From Octopus vulgaris (lineage: Eukaryota): a stretch of 64,000 bases of DNA. A program made the translations under genes and the position numbers. This document shows positions 12,752 through 26,279 of the stretch, one piece after another. Position 1 is the stretch's first letter. Every line of letters begins with the position of its first letter. The stretch lies in contig OX597831.1 in NCBI GenBank assembly GCA_951406725.2, forward strand, positions 77,996,001 through 78,060,000, read 5' to 3'. The notes beneath the pieces are model-generated. The model was not told the DNA's origin. It worked only from the letters and a program-made list of their open reading frames with translations, and did no database searches.

Positions 12752-13026
12752 GTATATGTATGTATATATATTTTTGCTTGTGTGCGTATGTGCGTTTCTG
12801 TAATATTTCTGTGCATATATATATCCTCTCTATGAGCAACATCACTGAAACTTTATATAATTCAATAAACAAATTTCTAAATTTAAAATTTACGCAGAAT
12901 TCAAAATACATTTTGGGAGGGAATCACGAAAAGAATTCTGCAGCACATACTTGTTCATTGGCACAACTACACAAAGTTGTACACACACACACACACACAT
13001 GCACACATACTGCCCCCACCCCATAT

Positions 13027-13062
<36 letters not shown>

Positions 13063-13135
13063 CTATATATATATAAATCAAACGAAACAAAAACACAAAT
13101 AACTGCTGCAGCTACAGAAATTACACATTTACGTA

Positions 13136-13221
<86 letters not shown>

Positions 13222-13514
13222 ATGTGTGTGCGTGTATATATATATATATATATATATATACATAAACATGTAAATATGCACACAGAATCATACACACAGT
13301 GAAGAGACGTGTGCGAATGTATACTCTATTGAGGCAAATTTAAGATACAAGGAGGGGCCTTTCCTACCATGCCATCCACAAAAAGGGAAACAATGATAGT
13401 AATACAAATAATATTAATATCCATCGTGTAAAAATGAAAAAAACAATTTGGAAGCAAAGAGACAAACTGAAATATAACAATATATATATATAAATAAAAG
13501 ACCCATTTTCTTTA

Positions 13515-13547
<33 letters not shown>

Positions 13548-13782
13548 TTGAATATTTTGAATATTATTATTATTATTATTTTGATTATCATTATTTTTAT
13601 GATTATGATTATTATTATTATTATTATTATTAATCTCTTTTCAATGTAAAATTCGTTGCTGCATTTTCCTAGCTGAAAGAGAACGAGTGAAAATCAAAAT
13701 AACAATGGAAAAGAAAAAATATATGTAGAAAGTGTAAAGCAAGCAAAATATTGTCCATTTCTTAGCCTTCATCTCCGAGGAA

Positions 13783-14175
13783 CCGGACGCGAGATTTTTT
13801 TGCTACGAGAGTTCCGGACCCCAGTTATGAACACTTTTGCGTACAGCCAATCAGATCTAAACTATCAAACTAATTTATGAACTCATAACAAGTGATGGGC
13901 GATAAGATAAAGTCACATGGATAAGAAATGTCCATGCTTCTTTCCCCTTTTAATGATGCTTTTTGTTCTTGTTCTGAGAGCTGAACAGTACCTTTCCTTT
14001 CACGGTTTTCAAACAATCCCTCAACGGTCTGCCAGCACCAATGCGACTTCTGCCACCAGCAACAAGCTTTGTTAACTTGACAGCATGGTGAAAGTGAGTT
14101 CTGATTGGCTGTATGCAAATGAGTTCATTACTGGGCTCCGGGGTCTCTCGTGAGAAAAAGAATTTCGCGAACCGG
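13783..14175. mobile_element. MITE-like element with ~80-bp imperfect terminal inverted repeats
   Basis: ccggacgcgagattttt...cgagagttccggaccccagttatgaacacttttgcgtacagccaatcaga is inverted at 14094-14175. Confidence 0.6.
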
Positions 14176-15049
14176 ATGACACATTATGGAAAACAGCAAG
14201 AAAGTGTTTTAAGAAATCGAATCTTTTTGGAAAGAGGTTGACGGTTCCTTAATAGCAACCGCAGCAATCGCAGTTCTATAAACAACAGTTCAACGAAAAT
14301 GGTAACATTAAAAGTAAAATAATAAGATATAATCCGTACTTGGAAATTCAAATTATCATAGCTGTAGTTGTTAAAGTGGCGAGCTGGTGGAATCGTTACC
14401 GCATCTGAAAAAATGCTTGCCGACATTTGCTCCGTCGTTACGTTCTGAGTTCGAACGCCACTGGTGTTGACTTTGCCTTTCCTTCTTTCGTGATCGATTA
14501 AAATAAGTACCAGTTGAGTGTCGACCTAAAGGATTAGTCCCTTCTCACAAAACTTCAGTCCATGTACATATCGTAGAAGCGCTTATTATTATCAGTTATA
14601 TTTTGTGTAATTTCATTGGTCAAACGTTTGTTGCTTTTTACACCTTTCGTACGTGCATCAATTGCTTTTGTTTTTACATATTTTTCTGTTTTACCTGGTC
14701 GTTTTTTTATGTAATATATATTCAGTGCTTTCTAGTGCTGTATTCCGTATGTAGTGTGTATATGTGTAAATATTTATGATCTGGAGGTATGTAGTTTTCC
14801 TGTCTCTTCAGATGAGTTGCAATAATCTGGTTTTCTGTGCAAAACGTTGTTGTAAATTATGTATGTAGCATGTAAGCGTGTGTTTGTAGTAAAAAGCATG
14901 TATGTAACATGTAAACGCACGTCAATGTATGTGTTCAGTATATAAACCTAGTACGTAGTATGTAAATGCATTTTTCTAATCGCCGAATGTGTTTTTTAAA
15001 ATTTATTTACGGGACTGGAAGAGTGAATTGCAAGCCATTTATTTATTTC

Positions 15050-15255
15050 AAATTTTTGCCGCAAGGGCAGCTTGGGAGAAGGGATTAAGTCGATTATATC
15101 GACCTCAGTTCGTAGCAGGTACATATTTAATCGACCCCGAAAGGATGAAAGGCAAAGTCGACCTCGGCGGAATTTGAACTCAGAACGTAACGGCAGACGA
15201 AATACCGCTAGGCATTTCAGCCGGCGTGCTAACGTTTCTACCAGCTCGCCGCCTT
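15050..15255 (-). mobile_element. SINE family B copy
   Basis: ccccgaaaggatgaaaggcaaagtcgacctcggcggaatttgaactcagaacg...ccagctcgccgcc. Confidence 0.85.
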
Positions 15256-15456
15256 CAGCCATTTATTCAATGCCACTACTTTTATCGGGTACCTACTTAC
15301 GCTTAAGTCGATGCCATTGTCAAACACCCTCACACAAAATTTCAGCCCTTGTTCTTTTACTAGAGAGGGTTATTGATTCTAAAGTACCCCCACGTCACAC
15401 CCCACCGCTGATATGACACCATGGAAAATCTAAAGACATGTAATATACCTAAAATA

Positions 15457-15853
15457 TCTCTCTATATAAAACTGAAGTTGCCTGTGTGTGTGTATGGCAG
15501 GTTTGGTAGCCTTCAACTAACATTATCTCCTCCGGGACCCTGTGGCACAAGTTGACCAAAATTGAAAGTATGATAGAAGAAGGCTTGCACTTCCTTCCGT
15601 AGGAGAAAAAATTCAAATCGGACCATGTTAACAGCCAATAATTATTTGCATCAAAAAGGTGCTTTTTTCCATGAAAATCCCTATTTATTACGATTTTTTG
15701 ACTGCTGTGTAGCCATTTTTCGGTGCATTTCAACCAGAAAAATGTTCACTTAAAGAGAATAATAAGCTACATAATGCAAAATTTTTACTTATCAAAAAAT
15801 TCCAATTCTAAAAGGTCGAAACAAATCCGAGCAACCCCGGTCGATACTGCTAG
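15457..15853 (+). mobile_element. Non-autonomous Helitron
   Basis: A|TCtctctatataaaactg start, GC-rich subterminal ccgagcaaccccgg, CTAG|T end; inserted between A and T without TSD. Confidence 0.7.
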
Positions 15854-15937
15854 TAATTATTAATTTAACTTTTCTCAAATTTCTTGGTACTTGAAAAATA
15901 AAAATGATGAAATAATGAACGGTAATTTACTAGAAAA

Positions 15938-16235
15938 TGGAGGCATATGGCCTAGTGGTTAGAGCAGTGGACTCTCGGTCGATCGGCAGGTTCGAATCTC
16001 AGACCGGGTTACGTGTGTGTTTATGAGTGAAACACCTAAGTTCCATGCGGCTCTGGCAGAAGGTAATATCGAACTTCTGCTGACTCTTTCGCCACAACAT
16101 TCTCTCAGTCTTTCCTCCTGCAGCTATGAGCTCATCCGTGACGGACCGGCGTCTCGTTCAGGTGAGGAACCTATACGTCTATGAAACTGGGAAACCGGCC
16201 CTTATGAGCCAGGCATGGCCCGAGAAGGAACATAA
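15938..16235 (+). mobile_element. SINE family C (tRNA head), tail type 1
   Basis: ggaggcatatggcctagtggttagagcagtggac...ggttcgaatc (A/B boxes), aaacacctaagttccatgcggctctggcag, distinct 3' tail. Confidence 0.75.
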
Positions 16236-16299
16236 AGCAATTTTCTAGGAAAGCATTTCTTACCTTGTAAATGAAAACTGAAACAAAACTTATTTTTCT

Positions 16300-17058
16300 T
16301 CTTTATTCTTTTATTTGTTTCAGTCATTTGACTGCGGCCATGCTGCAGCACCGCCTTTAGTCGAATAAATCGACCCCAGGACTTATTCTTTGTAAGCCTT
16401 GTACTCATTCTATCGCCCTCCCCGTCATACCGCTAAGTTACGGGGACGTAAACACACCAACATCGGTTGTCAAGCAATGGTGTGGAGACATAAACACACA
16501 CAAATTCACACACACATGTATACATATATTCAACAGGCTTCTTTCAGTTTCTGTGTGTCAAATCCACCCCCAAGGATTTGGTCGACCCGAGACCATAGTA
16601 GAAGATACTTGTTCAAGGTGCCACGTAGTGGGATTGAACCCTGAAACATGTGATTGGGAAGTAAGCTTCTTACTACACAGCTACTTGCAATAAATATATC
16701 TTTTATCTTTTACTTGTTTCAGTCATTAGTCTGCGACCATGCTGGGGCACCGCCTCGAAGAATTTTTAGTCAAGTGATCCGAGCCTAATACTTAAGTTTT
16801 TTAAGCCTCGTACTTATTGTATCGGTCTCTTTGACTTGTGAAATGGTGGTGGGGGACAAATACTGACGCAAAAGTACACGTGTAGATAGATAAATGTACG
16901 GTGGGCTTCTTTCAGTTTCCGTCGATCAAATCCATTCACAAGATTCTGGTTGGTCCGAGGTAAAGGTGGAAGATACTTGCTCAAGGTGTCATGCTTTGGG
17001 ACTTAACCGGTAAACATGTAGTTCGGGAGTAAATTTCTTACCTCATAACCATGCCTGT
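16300..17058 (-). mobile_element. Two tandem SINE family A copies
   Basis: gtttcagtcatttgactgcggccatgctg tail motifs at ~16318 and ~16716; heads near 16680 and 17055. Confidence 0.8.
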
Positions 17059-17063
17059 TATTA

Positions 17064-17836
17064 TTGGGTTTCTGGAAAGTTCGTCTCAATTTTAAAGGAA
17101 AGAAAAAGGTCAATAAATACTTGCCGTTACATTTTTAATCAACCAAATACGAACCATTTTGTTGCACAATGCGTTTCCATCTTTCCTTTAACTTGAAAAT
17201 ACCCTCTTCCCAGAATTGAGGTGGTTTCTTTGCAAAGAATTTATCAAGGTATCTTTTTACGTCATCCAAGGAATTGAAATTTTTACCATTAAGACTATTC
17301 TGCAGAGACCTGAATAAGTGGAAATCCGAAAGAGCAATATCTGGTAAATATGCAGGATGGAGTAACACATCCCAGCCGAGCTGCAGCAATTTTTGTCTGG
17401 TTCCCAAAGCATCAAATACCGAAAATGAACTTTCTTATCTTCCATTTTAAAGGGTTACAGCAGTGCTTTTCAAACTTTTTGCTGGAGCGGAACACCAAGG
17501 AAATATTCCACTGGCTCGAGGAACCCCTGTGCAATAATTTAATAATTTTATGCACACAAATCTGCACAGGAGAATTAAAAATTACCGCCGATTTTAGCAG
17601 TTTTGTAACTTCTTGCGGAACCCCTGGACTGTACTGGCGGAACCCTGGTTGAAAACCACTGGGTTACAGAATTAACACAGGTTATAGGAACATAAACCTT
17701 CTTCCATGAAAAGATAACTTAAACTGTGCTCTAAATGGAGGTGTAGTAAAATCCTATTTTATGGACTCAACCATGTTCTAAAATAAGTCGAACGGTAAGC
17801 TACTACAAATCGGCACGAACTTTCCGGACAACCCAA
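17064..17836 (-). mobile_element. Second copy of the deleted mariner, interrupted by a hAT MITE
   Basis: Same TIRs and the same deletion junction (MLWE|PDK) as 2614-3179. ORF 17135-17407 encodes QKLLQLGWDVLLHPAYLPDIALSDFHLFRSLQNSL... Confidence 0.93.
17461..17661. mobile_element. hAT-superfamily MITE nested in mariner
   Basis: TIRs cagtgcttttcaaac / ggttgaaaaccactg; perfect 8-bp TSD ggttacag (17453-17460 and 17662-17669). The site is single and empty in the first mariner copy. Confidence 0.92.
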
Positions 17837-18400
17837 AATTTATCCAAATTTTATCAGCGTAATCGCAATTTTTTTGTAAACGGATAGAGACTGTCTTCTT
17901 TAAAATAGGAAAAAAAATTGTACTAGTGATAGAAATTAATATTATTTAGAAATTAAAGGCAGCAAGCTCGCAAAATGATCAGCACACAGGGGGAAATGCT
18001 TCGTGGCATTTCGTCCGGCATTTCGTCCGAGTTCAAATTCCGGCGAAGTCGACTTTGCCTTTCATCATTTGTGTTTTTACGTCTGTATTTGTCACCCACC
18101 ACCATTTTACAACTGGTGTTGGTGTGTTTACGTCCATGTAACTTTGCGCTTCAGACAAAGGGAGCGATAGATAAAATAAAGTACCAGTCAGCTTCTAGGG
18201 TCGATGTAATCGATTTGACTCCCCCCCCCCAACCTCAAACTGCCTTTGCTCTCTACAACGGACCATTATCCTATTCGATCTTACAACCGCTTCAGTCTTC
18301 TCTTCATATTTTATGCTGTGCAGCCCACTTAGGCTTTATGATTATGCGCATAGTACAACAAGAGGTGTATTAGTTTAACGCTCGGGGGAAATGGAAATGT

Positions 18401-18436
18401 CTTTTACGTTTCGAGCCTAAGGTCTTCGACAGAAAG
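18401..18436 (-). ncRNA. Minimal hammerhead-like motif (variant core CUGUCGA) in Penelope-like remnant
   Basis: Minus strand cttt-CTGTCGA-agaccttaggctc-GAAA-cg-TA-aaag. Confidence 0.45.
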
Positions 18437-18550
18437 GAATAGGAGGGAAAAGTGGAAAGCGAATGAACAAAACAAAAAAGAGGGAGAGAAATTTAGTAGA
18501 GTTCAGCGGTCCAACATGCGAGATGATTGAAAGAATATTATATATGTATG

Positions 18551-18588
<38 letters not shown>

Positions 18589-18590
<2 letters not shown>

Positions 18591-19010
18591 CGCAGGAGTG
18601 GCTGTGTGGTAAGTAGCTTGCTAACCAACCACATGGATCCGGGTTCAGTCCCACTGCGTGGCATCTTGGGCAAGTGTCTTCTGCTATAGCCCCGGGCCGA
18701 CCAATGCCTTGTGAGTGGATTTGGTAGGCGGAAACCGAAAGAAGCCTGTCGTATATATGTATATATATATATATGTATGTGTCTGTTTGTGTGTCTGTGT
18801 TTGTCCTCCTAGCATTGCTTGACAACCGATACTGGAGTGTTTACGTCCCCGTCACTTAGCGGTTCGGCAAAAAGAGACCGATAGAATAAGTACTAGGCTT
18901 ACAAAGAATAAGTCCCGGGGTCGATTTGTTCGACTAAAGGCGGTGCTCCAGCATGGCTGCAGTCAAATGACTGAAACAAGTAAAAGAGAGTAAAAGAGAG
19001 TAAAAAGAGA
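18589..19010 (+). mobile_element. SINE family A, full-length young copy
   Basis: ggcgcaggagtggctgtgtggtaag (A box)...gggttcagtccc (B box)...cttgggcaagtg...internal (TA)n...ggcggtgctccagcatggctgcagtcaaatgactgaaac followed by gtaaaagaga repeats; inserted in (TA)n. Confidence 0.9.
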
Positions 19011-19011
19011 G

Positions 19012-19071
<60 letters not shown>

Positions 19072-19677
19072 GTGCACACACGATAGAAACACTCAAGTTA
19101 TCTGGTGGAGGATTACATATATTTTAAGACAGTTTGACTCAATACGACGTTGCTTAAATATCTGTGGGCTCTTAGGACGCTTATAGATCACATTTGTCGG
19201 TCCAATGTCTTTGGCCGAAAGCTTACGCTTTTGAAGGATGTCGCTTGAATATATCAAAAGCTACCGGTAATTATTGACCTAACCGTAAACTGAAAATCAC
19301 AGTACAGATGCTACTATTATATTTATGGGGGAACGATACAATTAACGACTTTGTTTTATATAATTCTATTGTAAACATTGAACATTTAAACCGGTTGTAT
19401 CGGCTTGTATCGGTTTTATATTTAAACTGGCGAGATTCAACCTCTCATGCTTAGCCTATATTATCATTGTAAATTGGTATTCACTTTATGAATGTGTATA
19501 AGCACCGGAACATTTCATAAAATTTGAATTATAATTGAGTAGTATAATTGAGAAGGGAGTCACACCACTGCTATTTAGCCCTAGGAAGTATCAACGCTTC
19601 CTGTCGGCCTTGACAGGTTTCCAGTGTCCCTATGTTTACAAGGGTGAGACAAGCACCCCCTCCCAGCTAAGCCTGCA

Positions 19678-19720
19678 TCCAGATACTAGTTTCTGAGTCA
19701 TTGCCCATCATCAGTCTGAA
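19678..19720 (-). ncRNA. Type I minimal hammerhead ribozyme motif (intact core, GUA triplet)
   Basis: Minus strand ttcaga-CTGATGA-tgggcaatgactca-GAAA-ctag-TA-tctgga: stem I ttcaga/tctgga, stem II tggg/ctca, palindromic stem III ACTAGT. Confidence 0.7.
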
Positions 19721-20140
19721 GTAGCTGAAGATACCTGTCTAGCCTTTGTAAACATATAAGAATTCTAATGAAATAAATCCACTGATTACAAAAATAGAAA
19801 TATTACATTTCTATTCATGAATTATAATTATTGGATGTATTCTATATTTCCTCATATCACCCATGGTAGTAACGGTGTACTTTCAAAATTCTCCGTAAAA
19901 GGACAGGTAATTCTCTAGTTAGATATATTGTTGCCGTATCTCTTATGCTTTAGGAAAGCGAGATCCACTTTTTCATACAAACCCCTCTCTGTCACAAATT
20001 TCGCCAGTTAACTGGTCATTTGTTTGAAAAGCTCTGATACAGATCGAATCACGTGGTCATGTATCATGAATCCCATTAATTTTAATGTAATACGCAGAAA
20101 TGTTATTTTCGATATTCAACTCCATCTGGAACCCTTTAAC

Positions 20141-20373
20141 CTATTTCTTTATTGCCCACAAGGGGCTAAACATAGAGGGGACAAACAAGGACAGACATAG
20201 GTATTATGTCGATTACATCGACCCCAGTGCGTAACTGGTACTTAATTTATCGACCCCGAAAGGATGAAAGGCAAAGTCGACCTCGGCGGAATTTGAACTC
20301 ACCACGTAACAGCAGACGAAGTACCGCAAAGCATTTCGCCCGGTGTGCTAACGCTTCTGCTAGCTCGCCGCCT
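20141..20373 (-). mobile_element. SINE family B, full-length young copy
   Basis: tatttctttattgcccacaaggggctaaac tail through gctagctcgccgcc head; central gcctttcatcctttcggggtcgataa core (Meta/MESC-like, tentative). Confidence 0.88.
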
Positions 20374-21019
20374 TTGTAACCCTTGAATGCTTTCTTGTTT
20401 ATAAGGATCCTCGAGCACGCATGCGTGTGTGTGTTTTGAACAATAACGCTTCTTTGTTCATTAATGTTTCAATATTTTCTCGGTTTCATTATTTGCATCC
20501 AATGTGGAAGTGATCTGATGCTGAGGCGTTGTGCAGGAAACAACGAAGGATAATGGAAATAATTCTATAACGAGGAACGTCATCGTTTTCGACCTTAAGC
20601 AGTTTAGCTATTAATATCTGCTAATTTTCATAGTGTTTTTCTTTTCTTCCATAACACTAGGATGATGTTACAGCCTGGACATGGTGGATCAATTTGTACA
20701 TATTTTTGCGAGAAAACTTGATGCATTATCGTTAGGGGAGACCACCTCAACAGAGAGAGGCCAACTTTAAGAGACACTATATGTCACATTTTTTGTGAAC
20801 TTTGGGGAAAGTCCTCAAAAATCAATGACTGCTCTGTGTCTATAAACAATGATGTTATGCCTCTTGTGATAAAAACCAGATGCACCTCTGTAACACCGTT
20901 CGAACATACATTCACATATTGAGAAGAACCTGTAGATTCTCAGGGCCATACATGTCATGTTATAGGAAGTAGCAAGAGAACTTAATGTATTACAAAATAT
21001 TATTATTTAATAATATAAA

Positions 21020-21413
21020 TATTCTTTTCTACTCTAGGCATAAGGCCCGAACTTTTGGGGGAGGGGGCTAGTCGATTAGATCGACCGCTCTACGCAACTA
21101 GTACTTAATTTATCGACCCAGAAAGGCAACGTCGACCTCGGTGAAATTTGAACTCAATACGTAAAGACAGACGAAATACCTATTTCTTTACTACTCACAA
21201 GAGGCTAAACACAGAGCGGACAAACAAGGACAGACAAACGGATTAAGTCGAATATATCGACCCCAGTGCGTAACTGGTACTTATTTTATCGACCCCGAAA
21301 GGATAAAAGGCAAAGTCGACCTCGGCGGAATTTGAACTCAGAACGTAACGGCAGACGAAATACCGCTAAGCATTTCGTCCGGCGTGCTAACGTTTCTGCC
21401 AGCTCGCCGCCTT
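21020..21413 (-). mobile_element. SINE family B composite (young copy joined to an older copy at gacgaaatacc|tatttc)
   Basis: Junction at 21180/21181; the two units carry different tails. Confidence 0.85.
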
Positions 21414-22189
21414 ATAATGCATAAATATCATTATATAAATATTATAATGCATCACAAAATGGGGTTCTTGTTCTAAGTTTTTATCAGTCACTGAATGCAG
21501 ACCCTCACCAGTGTATACTGGCTGAACAATTCGACAATATTTTATTTACTTCTTCGATGGGAAACATGCAAATAAATTACGTCAAAGTTCTCTAATAGAA
21601 CATTTATACATAAGAAAATGCTAAGGATAGATTATCAGTAAACTGGAGGAAAAATATATGAAGTACAATCAATTAAATGCTATTGCAGCAACAGTTCTTG
21701 GTCTGCTCCCAAACAATTCTCTTTCTTGTAAGGAATATAACAGGTTCAGATACTTTCGACAGTTTTCATTAAAATTGCGTCTTCTCAAAAGAGTCAACGG
21801 CGGTGGGGGCATATGCCCTATCCTTATGAGAAGAGACGAAATAGATGGGAAAAAATTACAGGATTTAAGGCGGCAAGCTGGCAGAATCGTTAGCACGTCG
21901 GTGAAGATGCTTAGCAGCATTTCATCCGTCTTTACGGTCTGGTTTCAAATTCCACCAGAGTCGACTTTGCCTTTCATCCTTTCGGGGTTGATAAAATAAG
22001 TACCAGCTGTGCACTGGGAGCCAATGTAATCCACTTATCTCCTCCACAGAAATTACTTGTGCCAAAATTGAGACCCAATAACTACAGGCTTATTTCCCTG
22101 AATTCATATTTCAGTAAAATCATGGCACAAACTATCAAAATGTCGTTTAAGGGAACTAACTTGCTCGCTGATAACTCGGATGGCGTAAG

Positions 22190-22610
22190 CATCTTCTCAT
22201 CAAATAGGACGCTAACAAACTTGAGGTGCTCCAAATGCGGTATCTTCGTCAGACCCTTGGTGTCTATTTACGGGTCCGAATCCCAAACAAATTCTGAGAA
22301 CAGTCCCAATTGCAACCGACTAATGAAGACCAAGTCTGGCAGTGCAGGCTGCAGTTGTTTGGACGCAGCTGTAGAATGAGCACCGGAAAACTACCACATC
22401 GAGCTTGTGAGGTGGCTGCGACCTACACACAGGAGAATACAGCACAATGCATCAAGGAAGACATAGCCGAAACAAACTGAGGTCGATCTAAAGTCACAGC
22501 ACCTCGACTTCAAGCCTGCTAAAGCCGGCGGCACGCTTCGGAAAGCGTGGAATAACACCTTCACCGAAATCCGTCATCCAGCGACACCCACAACAGCGTA
22601 TGGGTTAAGA
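22190..22610 (+). mobile_element. Degenerate RTE-clade LINE 3' fragment
   Basis: Translates LEVLQMRYLRQTLGVYLRVRIPN...QCRLQLFG...RM...LPHR, resembling the RTE C-terminus; frameshifted. Confidence 0.55.
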
Positions 22611-23155
22611 GGACAGCCTTCCCCTCCGGTCACCAGTTTGGGATTTTACGGCTACTTTACTTCCCATCTAATTCGAAGATGCTTACACTAACGTTTCTTT
22701 CCTTCTACCAGTCTACCCTGCTGCGACAGGATAATGTAAAAGATCGTCAATCAGTCAGTCAAAGCGAGATGTAGGATTTCTCGACTTTGAAAATCCTTTA
22801 TTAAAGTTAATAATGAGATGGAATGTCACAAACTGGGTTCTCCAAGAAGTGATGGAAAACTAAATTACGGGATTCACTGCGTTGTTTGAAAAATGTGCGC
22901 TAAACAAAATAGGAATTTTGAATGAGGTTTTTATAAAACTAATTTTTAAACATGGAATGGCTATGGGGTCGACTAGAATAAAATGGTAATCAAAGAGGTT
23001 CATTGATTAAAAAATGGTTGAGAATCTCTGCTCCAGATCGAGAGGACAGGATATTTGATACAATGCAGCAGCGTCCAATACGGTGATTGGAATAAACTTT
23101 CAATCCCAAAGTTAGGAGCTACGCCTTCCAAGGTCTTCTATGTATGTAAGCATGA

Positions 23156-23187
<32 letters not shown>

Positions 23188-23243
23188 GAATATATATATA
23201 AATATATATATGGATATATATGTATATATATAAATATATATAC

Positions 23244-23314
<71 letters not shown>

Positions 23315-23315
<1 letters not shown>

Positions 23316-23471
23316 GAAGCATGGCTGTGTGGTAAAAAGCTTGCTTTCCAAAGTCATAGTTCTGGGTACAGTCCCACTGTGTAGCGCCTTCGGCAAGTAT
23401 CTTCTACTATAGCCTCGAGTCGATCAAAGCCTTGTGAGTGGATTAGTAGGCGGAAACTGAAAGAAACCCGT

Positions 23472-23551
<80 letters not shown>

Positions 23552-24060
23552 GGTGTCTTAGTGTCTTGTCAACTGGTGAGGGGGTTTACGTCCCCGTCAA
23601 CTAGTGGATCGGCAACAAGCACCGATAAAATAAGTACTAGGCTTTACAAATTGACCTGAGGTTGATTTGTTCGACTACAACCCTACGAGATGGTGCTCCA
23701 GCATGGCCGCAGTCAATTAACTGAAACAAGCAAAATAATAATATATTTATTCTTTTACTTGTTTCATGCTCCAGCATGGCCACAGTCAAATGACTGAGAC
23801 AAATATAACAAAATAATTTGATAAAAAATGTGAATTTTTAATTATTTTCTGAGATTTTACAAAAACAACAAAAATATTTTTTAATTTTTGTTATATTTGT
23901 TTCAGTCATTTGACTGTGGCCATGCTGGAGCACCGCCTTTGAGTCGAACAAATCGACTCCAGGACTTATTCTTTGTAAGCCTAGTACTTATTCTATCGGT
24001 TGCGGCTCCGCACCGTTAAGTTACGGTGGACGTACATACACCAGCATCAATTGTTTCACA
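23315..24060. mobile_element. SINE family A copies tail-to-tail with an extra duplicated tail
   Basis: + copy ~23315-23735; duplicated tail 23767-23813; - copy from ~23886. Confidence 0.75.
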
Positions 24061-24061
24061 C

Positions 24062-24141
<80 letters not shown>

Positions 24142-24703
24142 CCAAGAAAGTTAGAAGTTGTGAATCCAACCCACTAAGGGATTATATATATCCGATATAT
24201 ATATATATATATATACATATATACACATACATATATATATATGTGTGTGTGTAGGGAGAGAGGGTGAGAGAGAGTGGGGAGAGAAGACAGAGAGAGAGAG
24301 AGAGAGACCCTAAGCGACGGTTTTTGGCTTTGAACAAATTCAGATTTCTGATTATAAAATATCAAATAGTTAATCACGCCATTGACGAAAGCCTCGTATG
24401 CAAATTAGTCTATTCAGTACATCTAATTCCTGGCTTGCCTTTGATTTGAATATCAACGAATTCGCTACAAGTCGAGCAGAGGGATGAGAGGGGGTGCCTG
24501 TCCTCTGACTAATCAACGAACCATGAAAAAAATGTCAGGATACTTTCTACATTTTCCTGTGTGAGCATTCATGTTTGTTTAGACGTTTGAAGTTTTCACA
24601 GATAAGGTTCAAACAGGATGCAGTTTAACAACTTTGAATTTATCTTCGATTTCTCCTAATATTCATAGATACATACGTATTTATATACGTACATATACAT
24701 ATA

Positions 24704-24743
<40 letters not shown>

Positions 24744-24846
24744 CATTTCTTTAATACGTACAAGGACCACACATTTGTATTTACATATGTATATAGGTAC
24801 ACAAAAACACAAGTCTATGCATATATATATATATATATATACATAC

Positions 24847-24894
<48 letters not shown>

Positions 24895-25433
24895 GTATGT
24901 AAATATATGTAATGCATGTATACATATGTATGTCTATGTGTGTGTGTGCGTGTGTGTATGTGTGTGTGTTAGTGTGTATGTGTGTGTGTGTGTGCGTGTG
25001 GATGTATGTATGTATGTATTGTAGGTCACCAGTCTGGAAAAGAAAGAAAAAGAATTCACTGCTGATTGCTCAGTTAGAAAATATCTGACCTCAAATATGT
25101 TCGACAATATACACACACACACACATACACACACACACACATACACACATATGTATACATACATACACATAAAGATACTTATATATACATATATGCATAT
25201 ATATATATATACAAGTATATTATGTACATATGCACACACACGCATACACACACACACACATATATATATATGTATGTATGTATGTATATTAGTTACAATT
25301 ACAAAATATATTCAATGTGTTAGAACACCTGCAAAACAGAGACATATACAGATATACTTATGTATGTATATACATACATACGTACACTGACTCACACACA
25401 CATATATATATATACATATACATATATGTAAAA

Positions 25434-25633
25434 ATGTGACCGTGTGTGTACCGTTGGCAATTTATTTTCCTCTGACTTCCCTTCTCAGGATCTTTCCTTC
25501 TCCTCTGTTTCCGACGAAGAGCTCCGCTCGAAACGTTGAACCCTGCTTCTATCCTGCTTTCCTGAGCGTCCAATAATACTATATTTGTTCCTCGCGTTGT
25601 TGTGTTTTCTTTGTGCTTTCATGTTTGGATTAA

Positions 25634-25640
<7 letters not shown>
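25434..25640 (+). mobile_element. Penelope-like pLTR remnant with hammerhead-like motif at 25507-25541
   Basis: gttt-CCGACGA-agagctccgctc-GAAA-cg-TT-gaac; ends in (TA)n. Downstream ctgagcgtccaataatac resembles the copies at 33230 and 57947. Confidence 0.55.
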
Positions 25641-25721
<81 letters not shown>

Positions 25722-25766
25722 TAGATTGATAGATAGATAGATAGATAGATAGATTGATATAGATAT

Positions 25767-25797
<31 letters not shown>

Positions 25798-26118
25798 TAT
25801 AGATAGATAGATATATAGATAGATAGATAGATAGATAGATGCATACGTATATATCTGCTTTTGTGTGTGTACGTGTGTGCGTGTGTGTGTGATAGAAAGT
25901 TTGTGTAACTAGTTACACGTACAAATTGATATATGTGTGTGGGTTTGGGTGTGGGGGAAGGACGAGTGTGTGTTTGAGCATTTAAATCTCAATGACTGAA
26001 TACATGTCTGTCTGTCTGTCTGTTGTGTGTGTGTATGTGTAAAAGAATATTTGTATATCTAACCTAAAGAACACCAGGAGCATTATGAGAGCAACATTGA
26101 AATCTACACAGTGCACGT

Positions 26119-26123
26119 GTATG

Positions 26124-26157
<34 letters not shown>

Positions 26158-26243
26158 TGTATGTATGTATGTATGTATGTATGTATGTATGTATGTATAT
26201 ATGTATTTATGTATGTATGTATGTATGTATGTATGTATGTATG

Positions 26244-26279
<36 letters not shown>

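Noticed and set aside
22830-23036. hAT-like terminus (ggttgagaatctctg ctccag); similar one near 50965-50986
   Set aside because: No matching left TIR or TSD could be identified, so boundaries are unsupported.
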